DNA of 64,000 bases from the human T2T-CHM13v2.0 reference genome, Homo sapiens (GCF_009914755.1 NC_060933.1); one strand, 5' to 3'; shown: positions 1 to 14,759, numbered from the stretch's first letter. Numbers and translations are program-made. The notes: generated from the sequence alone by a model not told the origin.

Positions 1-1056
<1,056 letters not shown>

Positions 1057-2385
1057 TTCCCCGCTCCACCACCCATTTTAATCCTGGGCTTTGCCTGGCT
1101 CCAATTCCTCTCTTATGTAAAGCAATGGATCAGACACACAGCCTTGGGGGATCTGTGAGAACTGAAGGGACTGAGGCCTCTCTCACACAGAACCCCAAAG
1201 CCCTCCCATGCCTCCAGGACCCCCAGCAGGGAAGAACCCCACCTAACTCAGGGCCCAATCAGAGGCAGGGCCAAGGGTTATCCCTGCCCTCAGACTGGTT
1301 TTCCCAGGCTAGGGTCTGAGAACCCCGAGCAGCCAGTCCTTCTTCCCATGGGATGTGACTGGGCAGGGCCAGTGAAGGAACCCAGAGGCATGTTAGTCAA
1401 AGTGGGTTTCAGGCTCTGGGTGAGGGGTCCTGCATGGTGAGAAGCTGGGCCCACCTCCCACAGAGCCCACAGAACAGACTCAAACTCAGACACCAACAAG
1501 AAGATGCCAAGGCTGGGGAGGGCAGGCCCAGCCCGCAGAGTTCCTGCAAGGACTCTTCCCTGGCTGTGGTTGGAGCAGCTGCTCAGGAAATCCCTGGCAG
1601 CAGAGTGGGCACCCCCTCTGGGCACCAGGAGGAGAGGTGTGCAGGGGGGATTCCGGGTCAGCCATTGGGATTTGAGACTCGCCTGGACACCCACATCCAC
1701 TTCTCCCCCACCAGGCGTTTCTCCCATCAGGAAAAAGGAATGCTCAGATGGGCCCAGAGGCCATGCAGAAAGAAGGAGGCCTTCCCCAGGGCTGAGAAGG
1801 CAGTGATGGGAGGCCGGCCCCAGGCTTGGGGTGTGGGTGGTTTCAATTGGAAAACTTTAATAATAAAAAATTGGAAGAAAGAATGTAATTCCCTCTACAA
1901 AAATATGTCCTCGTGATGCCACGTACCCACCTACACCCACCTGACCCCAGGCACCTCCTTCCACAGCCAGCCACTGCAAAGGAGGCCAGGGAATGTGTCT
2001 TCCTGGTGCCCACGAAGGAGACACAGAGCTGGAGGGCATGGGGACCCAAGGTTCCAGGCTTCGGAAGGGAAAGCGTCCACAAGCAACCCCACAGTAATGA
2101 CAGCCTCTGATGGCAGCCCCCACTGGCCAAACTACATCCCCCTGGGCAGAGTGCACTGGGCCTGGCTTCCCTCCATGCTGGTTCCAACTCACAGCCGGGG
2201 GTGAGGCCAGGGTGAGGCCAGGTCCCCCCTCACGGGGAAGGCTCCCTGGGTGCTTCCCTGGTCAGGGCTGTGCATTCTTGTCACCAGTCCCTCCCTGACC
2301 CCAGTGACTCTGGCTGGGCCTCCACCCCTGCCCAGACCCACCCCACCACAGAAGACCCTGACCTACCATTCACTCTTTTTTAAAT

Positions 2386-2550
2386 ATTTTATTTTTTCAG
2401 AGACAGGGTCTCACTGTGTTTCCCAGGATAGAATATAGCGGCTGTTCACAGGCATGATCATAGCTCACTGCAGCCTGGAATCTCTGGCCTAAAGCAATCC
2501 TCCTGACTCAGCCTCCTGAGTAGCTACAGAGCCACAGGCCATGCCCGGCT
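2386..2550 (-). mobile_element. FAM-like fossil Alu monomer
   Basis: Monomeric 7SL-derived SINE retaining the ggctgttcacaggc segment that dimeric Alus lack. Confidence 0.7.
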
Positions 2551-2564
2551 CTCAGCATTCCCTC

Positions 2565-2922
<358 letters not shown>

Positions 2923-2961
2923 TGGCTTTCCCTCTTGAGCACATGCAGGTAGGCAGGAATC

Positions 2962-3035
2962 CCAGCCCCCTTTGCAGATGAGCAAACTGAGACACAGAGA
3001 GGTTCAGCCACCTGCGAAAGTTGCACAGCCAGGAT
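2962..3035 (+). mobile_element. MIR core
   Basis: tttgcagatgagcaaactgagacacagagaggtt. Confidence 0.8.
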
Positions 3036-4793
3036 CCACTGCCTTCTCACAGCACTGACCCTCTTCCCAAGGAGTGCCCAGTTCAGCAAGGCAGATGACA
3101 CCAATCCCAACTGGGCAGCCAGGTTTTATGAGGCCAGGACAAACAGCACTGATTTAAAGCCTCGTAGAGGGGTTTAAATCACAGGCCCTGCCACAGGCTG
3201 GCCTCAGGGTCCTGGGGGAGCTGGGGGCATGTTTCTGAGCCGTAGCTCCTCTATCCACCCAAGGGAGCTGCTAGCACTGGCCTTAATAGTGTGCTGTGAG
3301 CCCGGGGGCTTGCAGGTGGGCATTGAATGATTCCTACCACCCCACAAATACCACTCTGCCCCTCCAACGGGGGCAACCCCTCATGGCCTGCCTCGGCAGC
3401 CTGGAAGTTACGCTCTATTGCATCACCTCCAGGAAGATGGAGAGAGGCCCCCAGGACCTCATGAGGTTGGTTTTCTGCATAATGAGATGCCTTGGATATT
3501 CCTAAAGGTCCGAGCCTAGGCCTCTGTCAGCACATCAGTGAATGTAGCCCTGCTGGACAAGCTCAGGAGGACTCCAGGATCCCGAGTGACACATTCCACA
3601 TCCCCACAGGCAGACCGGGGCCTGCAATTACAGATGGGAGGATGTTCCCAGGAAAGCACCAGGCAGGGAGGGTGGTGGGCAGCAGTTCTGGGCTTTGCTC
3701 CTCCCCAGGCCCCATTTCTTCATCTGTAAAATGGGGAGAAAATATTTTCCCTTCCTAACTGCATTGGAAAGACGAGATAAGCAGCCGACTGGGGAAGGTG
3801 GAACTTCCCACTCACCCAATATTGGGCGAAATAAGTGGGTTCAGAGACTGAGCGGTGGTGCTGGCCCCAGACACTGGTGTGGATGCAACACGTTGCAGGA
3901 CTCAGCCCATCGAACCCCTGCCCGCCGCTGCACTGATGCCCACCCCACTCTCTATATCCCGGCATCCAGCACTGCCCCCTGCTGAGGGCTCGGCCAATGT
4001 TTCCTGAATGAATGAGTGGCCCCTGGATGTGAGCATGGGTCACACACCTCATGGTGATTGGGTGGGGGTTTCTCATGAGTAGAGGGACCCCCACATGCCA
4101 GGGCTATGCTGAGCAGGGACGTCAGTGACTCCCTCTGTGAAGGCGGCCACTTGAGGCAGGATTCTAGGAGCCTCTGTCACACCCGGCAGTGCACAGGATG
4201 CTTCAGAGAGAGGCTGTCCCAAGGCCTCCCGGCTCACTGGTCGCAGTCTTCCCGGTCCTCCCGCCACCCTCCACACAGCACCACTGCCACCCTCATCCCT
4301 GCTGGGCAGGAGAGGTGGTCGGGAGGGCAGACACAGGGCAGTGGGCGAGTCTGATCCAGGTTTTGTGAGGCCTCCCTATAAAGAAAAGAATACAAACTTA
4401 CAAAAACAAAATTAGGTATGACAGTGAATATTTCTTTAGGATGAGGAAAAAAAAACACAAACATACAAAATCCAGAAAACCAACATTGTGTTTTTACGAA
4501 GGGCCTGCTCCATCTCCATAACACTTCTTCCTGCACTTTTTGGCTGTGTACTTTTTATCTATCTCATTGTTTGAGAATTTTACATCACCTACGATAGAAG
4601 GAATAGAAACATAATTGCTCTTCCTCCAGCATGGCTGATTGAAATTTGTTTTTTCTTATTTATAATTAGAACACATAGAACAGATGACTTAACACGTGCA
4701 CACAGCTTTGCAGTACAGCTAGAGGTCTGTGTACGTTAAACAACAAGTTCTGATCAATTCTATTTACAAGATTCCTGTTTGCAAAAGGAAGCA

Positions 4794-5072
4794 GGCCAGG
4801 CATAGTGGCTCCCACCTGTAATGCCAGTACTTTGGGAGCCCAAGTTGGGCGGATCACTTAAGCCCAGGAGTTTAAGACCAGCCTGGCCAACATGGTGAGA
4901 TCCTGTGTCTACAAAAAAAAAAAAAAAATAGCTGGATGTGTAGTTCCAGCTACTCAGGAGGCTGAGGCGGAAGGATTGCTTGAGTCTGGGAGGTTGAGGC
5001 TGCAGTGAGCTGTGACTGCCCTACTGCACTGCAGCCTGGGTGACAGAGCAAGTCCCTATATCAAAAAAAAAG
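4794..5072 (+). mobile_element. AluJ
   Basis: gaggttgaggctgcagtgagctgtga (J-type right arm). Confidence 0.92.
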
Positions 5073-5964
5073 AGGAAGCAGCAATGCTGGGTGCACATTT
5101 GTAATTGTATACGATGCATTTATCAACAGACCATTTCTGCTCTGGTGAGGCCCTGATGAGAGCTGAATACTCTGCTTACAATGGCACACGCCCGAGGACC
5201 GTCAGAGGGTCCACCGGGCGCTTGGGCTCCGTGTGTTTCAGACCAGCCTGGCCAACATGGTGAAATCCGCATCCATGTGCGGTGCAGAGCATGGCAGGGT
5301 GCATTCTCCTCCTCACCGTCTCTCCCAAGCACCTTCAGGTCGTGATGCCCAAGAAACCATCTATGCTCAGGTCTTAATCCATAAAGGTGCCTAACAGAGG
5401 TCAACGCTATTGAAAGGAAAGTCTAACATTGCTCTTGAAACATTCGCTAGAAATGAGAGACGTGGCAGGCCCCGCAGGGCGGCACGGGGAAGCCGCAGGC
5501 AGACCAGGAGGCAGAAAGGAGCGAGGGAAAGGCCAAGCCACAGCCTGTGTTGGCTTCCCTTGGAAAGCCGGGCAGAGCAGGGGAGAGAGCTTGGGACGGG
5601 CTGATTTGTCTGATTCTGGGTTCCGGGGCTGTCCCTTGTGGTCTGGTTCTGGGCCTGGGTTGACACTGAGCAGGGAAATATTGGCTGGGGGTACAGAAGA
5701 TGAAGGAAGTGGTTTGGAGCAGGGGCTCTGGGCAGCAGGGGAGGTGCCAACAGCCCTGATCAGGAGGTTGGCCCTGTCATCATGACCACAAGTACTCAAA
5801 CACAGGATCTAAGGAGGCACAGATCAAGGATGAAGCCAGCAGGAAGGTCAGTGGGGATGAGGGGGACTTGGGGTCTTTCTTCCTCTGCCTCCTTCCCCTT
5901 CCCACACCGGAAGGTAAATTGTGTTCTTCTGTGAAAGTCACAAGAACTCTCAGACACCCAGAGA

Positions 5965-6910
5965 GTTCACACACAAACACAGGAAAAGACACAAGTCGTA
6001 TGACCATCTCAACAGATGCAGCCGAGTGTTTGATGACACTCACCGTCTGTTCTTAAGGAAAAGCTCAGCCCTCTGGGAAGAAAAGACCCGTTGTTAAGCT
6101 GATGAAGGCCATCTATGGAAAAAGTCAGAGCTGCCAACAGAGCTAACAGGAAAATGTTGAAAGCTTTCTTTGAAAGATTGGCAAGGGGACAAAAATCCTA
6201 TTAGTGCCACTGCTATTCAATATCAGCCTGGATGTGGCAGACTGCACAGTGAGTTGGGTAAAGTTTGTGAAGAAGAAAACAAAACTGTCTTTATTCACAG
6301 ATGATATGGTTGTGTATGCAGAAGAGTCTACGTAATCCACAGGGAAATTCTGAGGATTCAGAGGAGTTTAGCAAAGTTGTTGGGTTCAAAATCCATAGGC
6401 AAGATTCCATTTTCTTACTATATATTAGCAACAATGTTGGAAAAATAAAATTTATAAAAAGACATAATAGCACAAAATATCAAGAATCTAAGAATAATGT
6501 ACAAGGTCACTATACAGAAATGTTATTAGTAGGCATTAAAGATGGTCTAAACAAATGGAGATACCATGTTCATGGATTAGAAGACTCAAAATGAATTCTT
6601 CCCAAATTAATTAATTTTTTCCAAATTGATTTGTAGAACTAAAGAAATTGCTATCCAAATCCTAACCAGGTTTTTGTGGACCTTAAAATACTTACTCTAA
6701 AATTTGTGGTGTTTTCATTTTTGATTTTTTTTTCTTTTTCTTCTTCTTCTTATATTGAGACGGGGTTTCTCTATGTTTTCCAGGCTGGTCTCAAACTCCT
6801 GGGCTCAAGCCATCCGCCCACCTCAGCCTCTCAAAGTGCTTGGATTACAGGCATGAAGCACTTCATCCAGACTAAAATTTGTATGGAAATACAAATTCAA
6901 TTTGACAAAT
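5965..6910 (+). mobile_element. Old L1 (L1M) ORF2 reverse-transcriptase remnant, interrupted by a FLAM (6722-6872, -)
   Basis: ctgtctttattcacagatgatatggttgtgtatgcagaa = LSLFTDDMVVYAE (L1 RT LSLFADDMIVYLE motif); later catgttcatggattagaagactcaa. Confidence 0.88.
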
Positions 6911-6914
6911 ATTT

Positions 6915-7170
6915 GGCCAGGCATGGTGGCTCATGTCTATAATCCCAGCACATTGGGAGGCTGAGGCAGGTGGATCACTTGAGGTTTGGAGTTCGTGACC
7001 AGCCTGACCAACATGGTGAAACCCCGTCTCTACTAAAAATACAAAAATTAGCCGGAAATCACTTGAGCCCAGGAGGCGAAGGCTGCAGTGAGCCAAGATT
7101 GTGCCACTGTACTACAGCCTGGTCAAGAGAGCGAGACTCCATCTCAAAAAGAAAAAATAATAAATAAAAA
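6915..7170 (+). mobile_element. Alu with internal deletion
   Basis: Left arm, linker, right arm lacking its 5' part, A tail. Confidence 0.93.
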
Positions 7171-8877
7171 ATATTTTTTGAGCCCCTTAGTCCAGGGACT
7201 GCTTCTGGTACTTGGGATGCCTCTAAGAACCCCACCCACAAAGACCCTTCTTCGTAGACCTTAGCAGGGGAGACACACAGTAAAGAGTAAACACAATACA
7301 TAGGCAAAGTACCCAGTATGGCAGGAGGTCATAACTGTTTTGCAAAAAACAAAGACTACAGAGGGGAGGGTCACCAGGACATCTAGGGGCAGAGGTGGGG
7401 TGAGAATCCAACCTTCCACACGGGCCATCTCTGAGACCCATCTCTGTGACCCCAACAAGAGGCCCCTCGCCGGCCATCCCTTTCCAGCTTCTGAGGTCCT
7501 GATGTAGAAGTGGCTCCTCTGCAGCTCTGAGGTGAGAGGCCAAGCCCTCCGTGACCCCAAAAGGCCAGGGCTCCCCAAGTGTTATCCACAAACACCCCTG
7601 TGGGGACTGCAGGCTCCTACAAGGCGCCCTTGTGCAGGTCTCTTGCAGAGCTTCTCCATCCACTCTCTGGGCCCTGACACAGTGGGAGGGTGCCTGTCCT
7701 TACCCCAGCCGGATGTCCCACCACACTCCTGCCTGGGGACTTCTGGCATGCAGGAGAGGCTGGACACGCAGATGCAGAGAGGCTTGCCCCAACGCCGTTG
7801 CCCGTTTTACCTTGAAGTTCGTGGTTCTTTCATTCTTGCTCCAAACTGTGAGTCAACCTTTAAAATATATGATATTGAAGTTCTCCTTCAGCCTCCAGTC
7901 TTTCATCAGAGTTAAATCCAGAGATTTCATGAGCAGTAGATAAATCTGCAGTAGAGAAAAGTGCTCCAAAGGTGGGCGCGCCTGGCTCCCATTTGGAGGT
8001 GTTTATAAATGCTTTTATGTAGACCCCTCCTAGATGACGAGGAATGGCCTCAGAGCAACCCTGGGAAGGATGAGGAGGGGTCCGGGGACTCCAGACGAAA
8101 TCGCACAGCCGCCTACCATGTGAGTGGAAACCCATGCTGCTTCTGCCTGGCCTCTAGGATCCGCGTTCAGGGGAAGCCGCGTCCCTGCGGTCATGAGACG
8201 TGATTGTTCAGACCAATGGATGAGGCTGAGCAGAATCATTTCATTTCCCCCGCACTTGCCAAAGGCAGGGACTTTCCTATTTGTCCCTGCCTGATATGCA
8301 GGAAGGGCTCAGAACTACTTAAGAACAAATCAATGAACCTATGGCTTTATGGCAAATACCACAGAAACAACCTTAGAAATGGGCTGAGGAGGCTGTCTGG
8401 CCTCTAACAAATGACCTCATCTCTCTGAACCTTAATTTCCTCGTCAGTAAAGTGGCAGTGCAGCCCCTCCCTCACAGGACGCTCCCTGGCAGAGTGCAGC
8501 CCTGCCGTGCAGCAGCCGGTATGAACTCGTCCTTGTGATCAGGAGGGCCCTGCTGAACTGTTTCCGCCCCGCAGGTGCCTACAAAGCCCGGGAAATGATG
8601 TGGCCTTCCTTGAGCCATGCAATGGCACTGTTGTCACCAGGAAAAGGGCCTGTGGCACCCACCTGGCCACTCATGGCCTAAATGAGACAGGCCCTCTTCA
8701 TCGGCCTCAGTGGCTCATTGAGATGAGGACTTGGGAATTTTGCTGTTTAACAGAGCAACTGAGCACCCAGGTGGCTGCCCCAGCAGACCCTGGAGACGTT
8801 TCAGGAGACCTGGCAGGGACCCAAGCCTCTGCCACTGCACCAGGCCCTGGCCAGAGGGCTGGGCTCAGAGCCCTTTA

Positions 8878-9188
8878 TTGTTTTATTTTTATTTTTTATT
8901 TTTTAGAGACAGAGTATTGCCCTGTCTCCCAGGCTGGAGCACAGCAGTTGAAACCATACCTCACTGCAGCCTCGATCTCCCAGGCTTAAATGATTCTCCT
9001 GCCTCAGCCTCCAAGTAGCTGGGACCACAGGCATATGCCACCATGCCAGCCTTATTGTTAAATGTTTTGGGTAGATCCCATCTCCCTATGTTGCTCAGGG
9101 TGGTCTTGAACTCCTGGGCTCAAGCGTTCCTCACATCTCAGCCTCTTGAGTAGCTGAGACCACAAGTGTGTGCCACTGCACCTGGCCC
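8878..9188 (-). mobile_element. AluJ
   Basis: Reverse Alu with cactgcagcctcgatctcc and ctcctgggctcaag. Confidence 0.9.
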
Positions 9189-9979
9189 CAGAGCCCCTTT
9201 TAAACTGCAACTCACAGTCTCCAAGTTAGACTCACACAGAGAAGATCTAAATATGTGTCTCCTTGAGGGAGGCTGAGGAGTGGAGGAGGATGAACTCTTA
9301 CAAAACGTCAACCTTTTTAAAAATGTGTTTTCAGTAATTGCTGTTCTGTGCCAAGTTTTATCCTAGTGGGAGTTTCATGTCAGAATTACTAAGTAGGAGT
9401 TCATAACAGAGAAGTTAATCGCCCTTGTGTAGGGGCGAGGCACCAAGCGATGATCTCTGTGCCCAGGTAGGTGTTTTCTGGATCCACACAAGCACAGGAG
9501 ATGGCAGGTGGGGAGTGGGTGGGGGGTTATGAAGGGCAGCCGAGGAGGGGCAGGGGGCAGGGGGAAGCAGGATCTCTGACGGTAGAAGGGAGTGGTCACT
9601 ACGTCCCCAACACACCCCCTTCACGTCCCCGCTATAGCCACACACTACGGGGGAAAGGCTCCAGGCCAGCCCCCATCCCCTCAGGACCATGATGCGGGCA
9701 TCTGCAGAAACGGGTGGGGGCTGTCTGGCCTGAGAGGCCTAGAGCCAGGAAGAGGTGGTTTAGAGCTGCCCTCCTCCTCCAACTTCAGCCCCAACCCCCT
9801 TCCTCAGCAGCAGATCCCACCTGAGTCTCTCCTAGGCCTGTTCTGGATCCGAAGTGGGTATGAGACATTCACCATCTATTCCTTTGCTCCACCATCACCA
9901 GAGGCTTTGTGGTACCTTATTTTTGAGAATAGGCAACATATTCTAGGACTAGGCTGGGAACAAGGGAGAAATTCATCAT

Positions 9980-11180
9980 GCATCCCTCCATTTATCCATC
10001 CATCCATCCATCCATCATCCATTCTCCCACCTACCCACTCATTCCCCATCCAGCTACCCACTCATCCATCCATCCATTTGTCCATTCACCTACCAATCCA
10101 TTTATCTATCCATCCATCCCCATCCATCCATCCATCAATCATTATCGATCCATCTATCCACTCATCCACCTATCCACCTACCAATCCATTCATTATCCAT
10201 CTACCCCATCCATCCATTCACCTACCAATTCTTACATTATCCATCCATCCCCATCCATCCATCCATCCACCCACTCATCCACCTATCAATTCATTATCAA
10301 TCCCTCCCCATCCATCCACCCACCCACTCATCCATTCATCATCCATCTATCCCCATCTACACATCCATCCATCCACCCATCCATCCATCCACCCACCCAC
10401 CCACCTATCAATTCATTCATTATCAATCCATCCCCATCCATCTACCCATCCACCCACTCATCCATTCATCATCTATTCCCATCCGTCCATCCACTTACCC
10501 ATCCATCCATCCACCCCATCTACCCATCCATCTATCCACCCCATCTACCCATCCATCCATCCACCCATCCACCTACCAATGCATTCATTATCCATCCATC
10601 CACCCACCCACTCATCCATTCATCATCCATCTATCCCCATCTACCCATCCTCCTACCCATCCATCCATCCACCCATCCATCCACCCACCCACCCACCCAC
10701 CTATCAATTCATTCATTATCAATACATCCCCATCCATCTACCCATCCACCCACTCATCCATTCATCATCTATTCCCATCCATCCATCCACTTACCCATCC
10801 ATCCATCCACCCCATCTACCCATTCATCTATCCACCCCATCTACCCATCCATCCATCCACCCATTCACCTACCAATGCATTCATTATCCATCTATCCACC
10901 CACCCACCCATCCATTCATCATCCATCTATCCCCATCCGTCCATCAACCCACCCACCCATTCAGCATCCATCTATTCCCATCCATCCATCCACCCACCCA
11001 TCCACTTACTAATTCATTCATTATCCATCCATCCCCATCCATCTATCCCCCCACTCATCCATCCATCCATTCATCATCCATCTATCTCCATCCATCCATC
11101 TGTCCCCACCCATCCACCTACCCAACTACCCACTCATCATCCATCTGCCTACCCATCCAGCCACCCATCCATTCTTCATC
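9980..11180. repeat. Complex (CATC/CACC/CATT)n tandem repeat with a 296-bp higher-order duplication
   Basis: + strand nearly G-free; cctatcaattcattcattatcaat at 10404 and 10700, aatgcat at 10578 and 10874. Confidence 0.97.
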
Positions 11181-11189
11181 TGGATGGAC

Positions 11190-11300
11190 AAATCTTCATT
11201 GAGCACCAATTCTGTGCTGGGCAACAGGAGACATAGATGCAGGAAACACAATCTCTGCTCTCAGAGAACATGCTTTCCAGGGACAAGAAGACATGGACAG
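11190..11300 (-). mobile_element. L2 3' end
   Basis: cattgagcaccaattctgtgctgggc...ctctgctctcagagaacatgctttccag. Confidence 0.7.
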
Positions 11301-11585
11301 AAGCACCAGGTGAAGATGCTAGGACATGGCTGATCTGTGGTCCATATCCTGTTGGGGAAAACTGCGGGCCTGGGGACGTTGGTCTAATGCAGAGAAGACT
11401 TGGAGGAACTGGCATATGCTGCTGAGAATGTTTGGTGCCCACCATAATACCTGGGAGCGGGGAGGGAGGACAGAGGGGTGACCACAGTGAAAATGTGGAG
11501 GGATCAGTGGAGTGTAAGGCCAGCCATTGAAGGAATGTTTAGGTGAGGCACTGCAGAAGTCAGCTGGACACAATCAGGAGTGTAA

Positions 11586-11845
11586 GTGTTAAAGAAAGAG
11601 GAAAGAAACACAAAATGCAGCCTTGGGGCTGACATATCTCTGGCCGGAGGGGAGATTATCTCGGGGCTGGCATGCCTCTGGTGAGGGAGGGGTTTGGAAT
11701 GTTTCTGGTCTGAGATGTTATTTGTGGTTTTTGGTCATGCTGACCTTAGCCATTAGGCTGATGCCCTTTGGATTTAGGCGGTTTTTGATCAGGGTGAACT
11801 TAAAATGGCAGTGCTTGTCCAAGATGGCAATACTCCTGCTGCTGG
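11586..11845 (-). mobile_element. ERV1 solo LTR (LTR19-like), internally deleted
   Basis: Reverse complement reads gcaggagtattgccatcttggacaagcactgccattttaagttcaccctgatcaaaaaccgcctaaatccaaagggcatcagcc; subfamily from memory. Confidence 0.7.
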
Positions 11846-12117
11846 TTGGCCACTCGGAATTGTCTTCGTGGAGAGAGAAGACTTTATGGTTATGGGCCAC
11901 AATATCTAGGGTGTGGCCATGGGAGAGGAGGGCTGGGGTAGTTTTGAGGTCAAGACCATGAAAGGAGAGCAGGCCAGGGTTTTGCAGGGATCACCCCCTG
12001 GAAACGGAAATCACCAAAAGTTATAAGAAGAGGAGGAGTGCTGCAGAGCGATGTGGTCCTTGAGGGGCGAGCGGGTGTCCATCTCCAGTTACAGCACAGT
12101 CAAGGGGATGCTCAAAG

Positions 12118-12717
12118 TGTCAACAAAAAAGAGTCAAACTCTGTAAAATATTTGAAGAGAGTTATTCTGAACCAAACCTGAGTGATCATGGCCCATGATG
12201 CAGCCCCTGGGAGGTCCTGAGAACATATGTCCAAGGTGGTCAGGGTGCAAATTCATTTTACACATTTTAGGGAGATGTGAGACCTCAATCTAATACATTT
12301 AAGAAATAAATTGGTTCAGAAAAGCAAGAGAACTAGAAGGCGGGGGGTGGGTGAGGGGGGACTTCCAGGCTATAGGCAGATTTAAAAATTTTCTGGGTGA
12401 CAATTGGTTGAGTTGATTTAAAGACCTGGGATCAATAGAAAATGTTTGGGTTAAGATAAAGGATTGTGGAAACCAAAGTTCTTATTTGCAGAGGAAGCCT
12501 TCAGGTGGCAGGCTTCAGAGAGAATAGACTATAAAATATTTCTTATCAGACTAAAGTGTGTTGATGTTAATGCTGGAGCGATAATCATGCAAGTCCGATC
12601 CCCACTTCCCATCATGGCCTGAACCAGTCTTTCAGATTACATTTTAAGAGTGCCCTGGCAGAGGAGGAAGTCCATTCAGGTGGCTAGGGGGCCCTCAGAA
12701 TTTTATTTTTGGTTTAC
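12118..12717 (-). mobile_element. MER4-family ERV1 solo LTR
   Basis: TG...CA ends; reverse complement begins tgtaaaccaaaaataaaattctgagg; contains gagtcaaactctgtaaaatatttgaagag. Confidence 0.88.
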
Positions 12718-13089
12718 AAAAAGTTTAGGATATGGGGGACGTTGCTCATGGCTGGTCAGGAGCTCGAGAGTGGAAGGGTTTGAGGGAACTGGGGATGGGG
12801 GAAAGGGTCTGAGAAGGGTATATACAGAGCTGTCTGGGGCAAGGGGTGGCCTGGGGGGACTCGAACTTTCCATACAGAGGGAGAAGCAGCATAATGAGCT
12901 TCATCCTGGGGTCTACAGTGGCAGACAGTGGGGAAAGCAGTGACAGGGATTTTGCCAGCAGAGGAGGCAGCTGAGGGTGGTCTTACTCAAACACCCTCCC
13001 TGAATGCTGGGAGCTGGGAAGGGGCTGGTTTTGCCCAAGCACATGGGGTCTCACTTGTCTTCAGGCAATGGTGGCTGCCTGAGGATAGG

Positions 13090-13405
13090 GGAGGCTCATT
13101 GCCCTAGGCCAAGTGGGAAAACTGCCTCACCCAGAAGGTCACACCCTCCCCCACAACCCAGTGCCTGATTGATGAGGGGAGGGAGAGGAGACACAAAATG
13201 GTCCTGGCCTCAAGGCAGGGACAGCCGTGAGGTGCAGTGCTCCCAAGCTCCCCTTCATCCAACCAGGCTGAAGCAGTCACAGCCTTGCTCAGCTCTCTGC
13301 ACCGACTCTCTACCCCCACTCTCCTTTCCTAGGAGCACCCCCTCCATAATCACCTCCACAGGAATTCCATCTCAGCTCTGCTTCCAGGAAACCTGACCCA
13401 AGACA
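13090..13405 (+). mobile_element. ERVL LTR16/33-type remnant
   Basis: 3' end ctcagctctgcttccaggaaacctgacccaagaca. Confidence 0.5.
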
Positions 13406-14759
13406 GAGGTTGTTGCAAGGGCAGAGGCCACAGGCATCCACACCAGCCTCTGTGCATTCAGTCTGTGAGCGGCCCAATGCTCCCCATGCACTCCTCCTTA
13501 AAGCCTACTCAACCCTGGGGTCTGCAGGCAAATTCCTCGTGGGTGCCTTCCCTTGTCCTGGCTGCCGCTCTGCTTCCTTTGCAAGCTCCTTCTCCCACCC
13601 TTGCGCTAGCTCCCTCCAGAGGGCTCCATCCCCTGCCCACTGTGCCTTCGTGGGTGGTGCCCAGATCTCTGTCTCCTCTGCCCTGGACCCCTCTGCCCCT
13701 GACTGGAAGATCTATAGAGTTCAATGCCCCTGGAGGGTTCCACGTCCATCCCACAGGGACCCGGACTCTCATCTTCCTCCTGAGCGTGCTCTCCCCGGAG
13801 ACCTGGCATTGGAATTCGCCCTGCCACTTTCTGGTCTCCCCAGGTGGAAACCTGGGCGTCAGTCTGGACGCTTGTCACCAAATTCTGTCCCTTCCACCTT
13901 CACATGGCCTCTCCGTCTTCACCGCCTCGGTGTCTCTATCTCGTCCCGATCACTGTCGCCTCTCCTCTGGCAGAGAGCACCAGCACTCCCACTGGTCTCT
14001 GCTTTTCCTCAAACGCATCTCTGTGTAAATCTCCTCTCAGGATCACTCTGTGGACCCCACTGCTCTGGGTGGAATCTTCTTTCCAGTGGCATTTCAGTCC
14101 CCTGGGTCTGCCTCACTCCTCACCACCGTCTTGTGCTTCTGCACTGAGCTCCAGCCAGACCACCGGCCTGCAGCCACCTGGCGCTACCTGTTCCTGTGTG
14201 CTTCCTGCCTGTCCAAACTCAAGGACAAAAACAAACTGCTTTTTGGCTGTGGTGGCATGAAACCCCAATAAGTCAATGACAATGCTGCATGCTTCTGAAA
14301 GCCGGCCAGTCAGGGACAGCTCCACACTACAGAACAGGCCCAGGCAGCAAGAACCTTGTGCCCCTGAAGTCAGGCTGAATACTCTCGCTTCTGAAAGCTG
14401 GACAATCCTCAATGCCAGGCTTCCCAAGAGACTCAATTTGTTTTGCTCTGAGAGATGGTCCTATAAGCACAGTTCCCCTTTGCTCTAGTAAGCAAGATAC
14501 TCAGCTTCAGCGCTGACCAGCCTCACAATCTGTCCTCACCAAGTGGAGGGTCCTCCCTCCGGGTTCCTCCACGGCCGTATCTGTCTCTGTTCATACACCT
14601 TCCCCTCAGCACTTAGAGACATGGGCTGGCATGGCGGGTGCTGGCAGCAGGGGTGAGAAATAAACTTTCAGCCCTAGATGAGGAGCCCAAGAGGAGAGCA
14701 TGCCATCACCTGGAGTCTCTGGTATGTGCCTGGCACCTGTACTGATTGCATTAACCACT

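Noticed and set aside
3150-3181. Imperfect hairpin tgatttaaagcctc-gta-gaggggtttaaatca
   Set aside because: Too short and isolated to call an RNA gene or MITE.
9592-11202. 536-aa and 344-aa His/Pro/Ser/Ile-rich ORFs
   Set aside because: Artefact of the almost G-free (CATC)n strand, which rarely forms stop codons; no domain or splice context.
13410-14260. 245-aa, 187-aa and 138-aa overlapping ORFs
   Set aside because: GC-rich, pyrimidine-skewed DNA, probably old repeat; no recognisable protein family.
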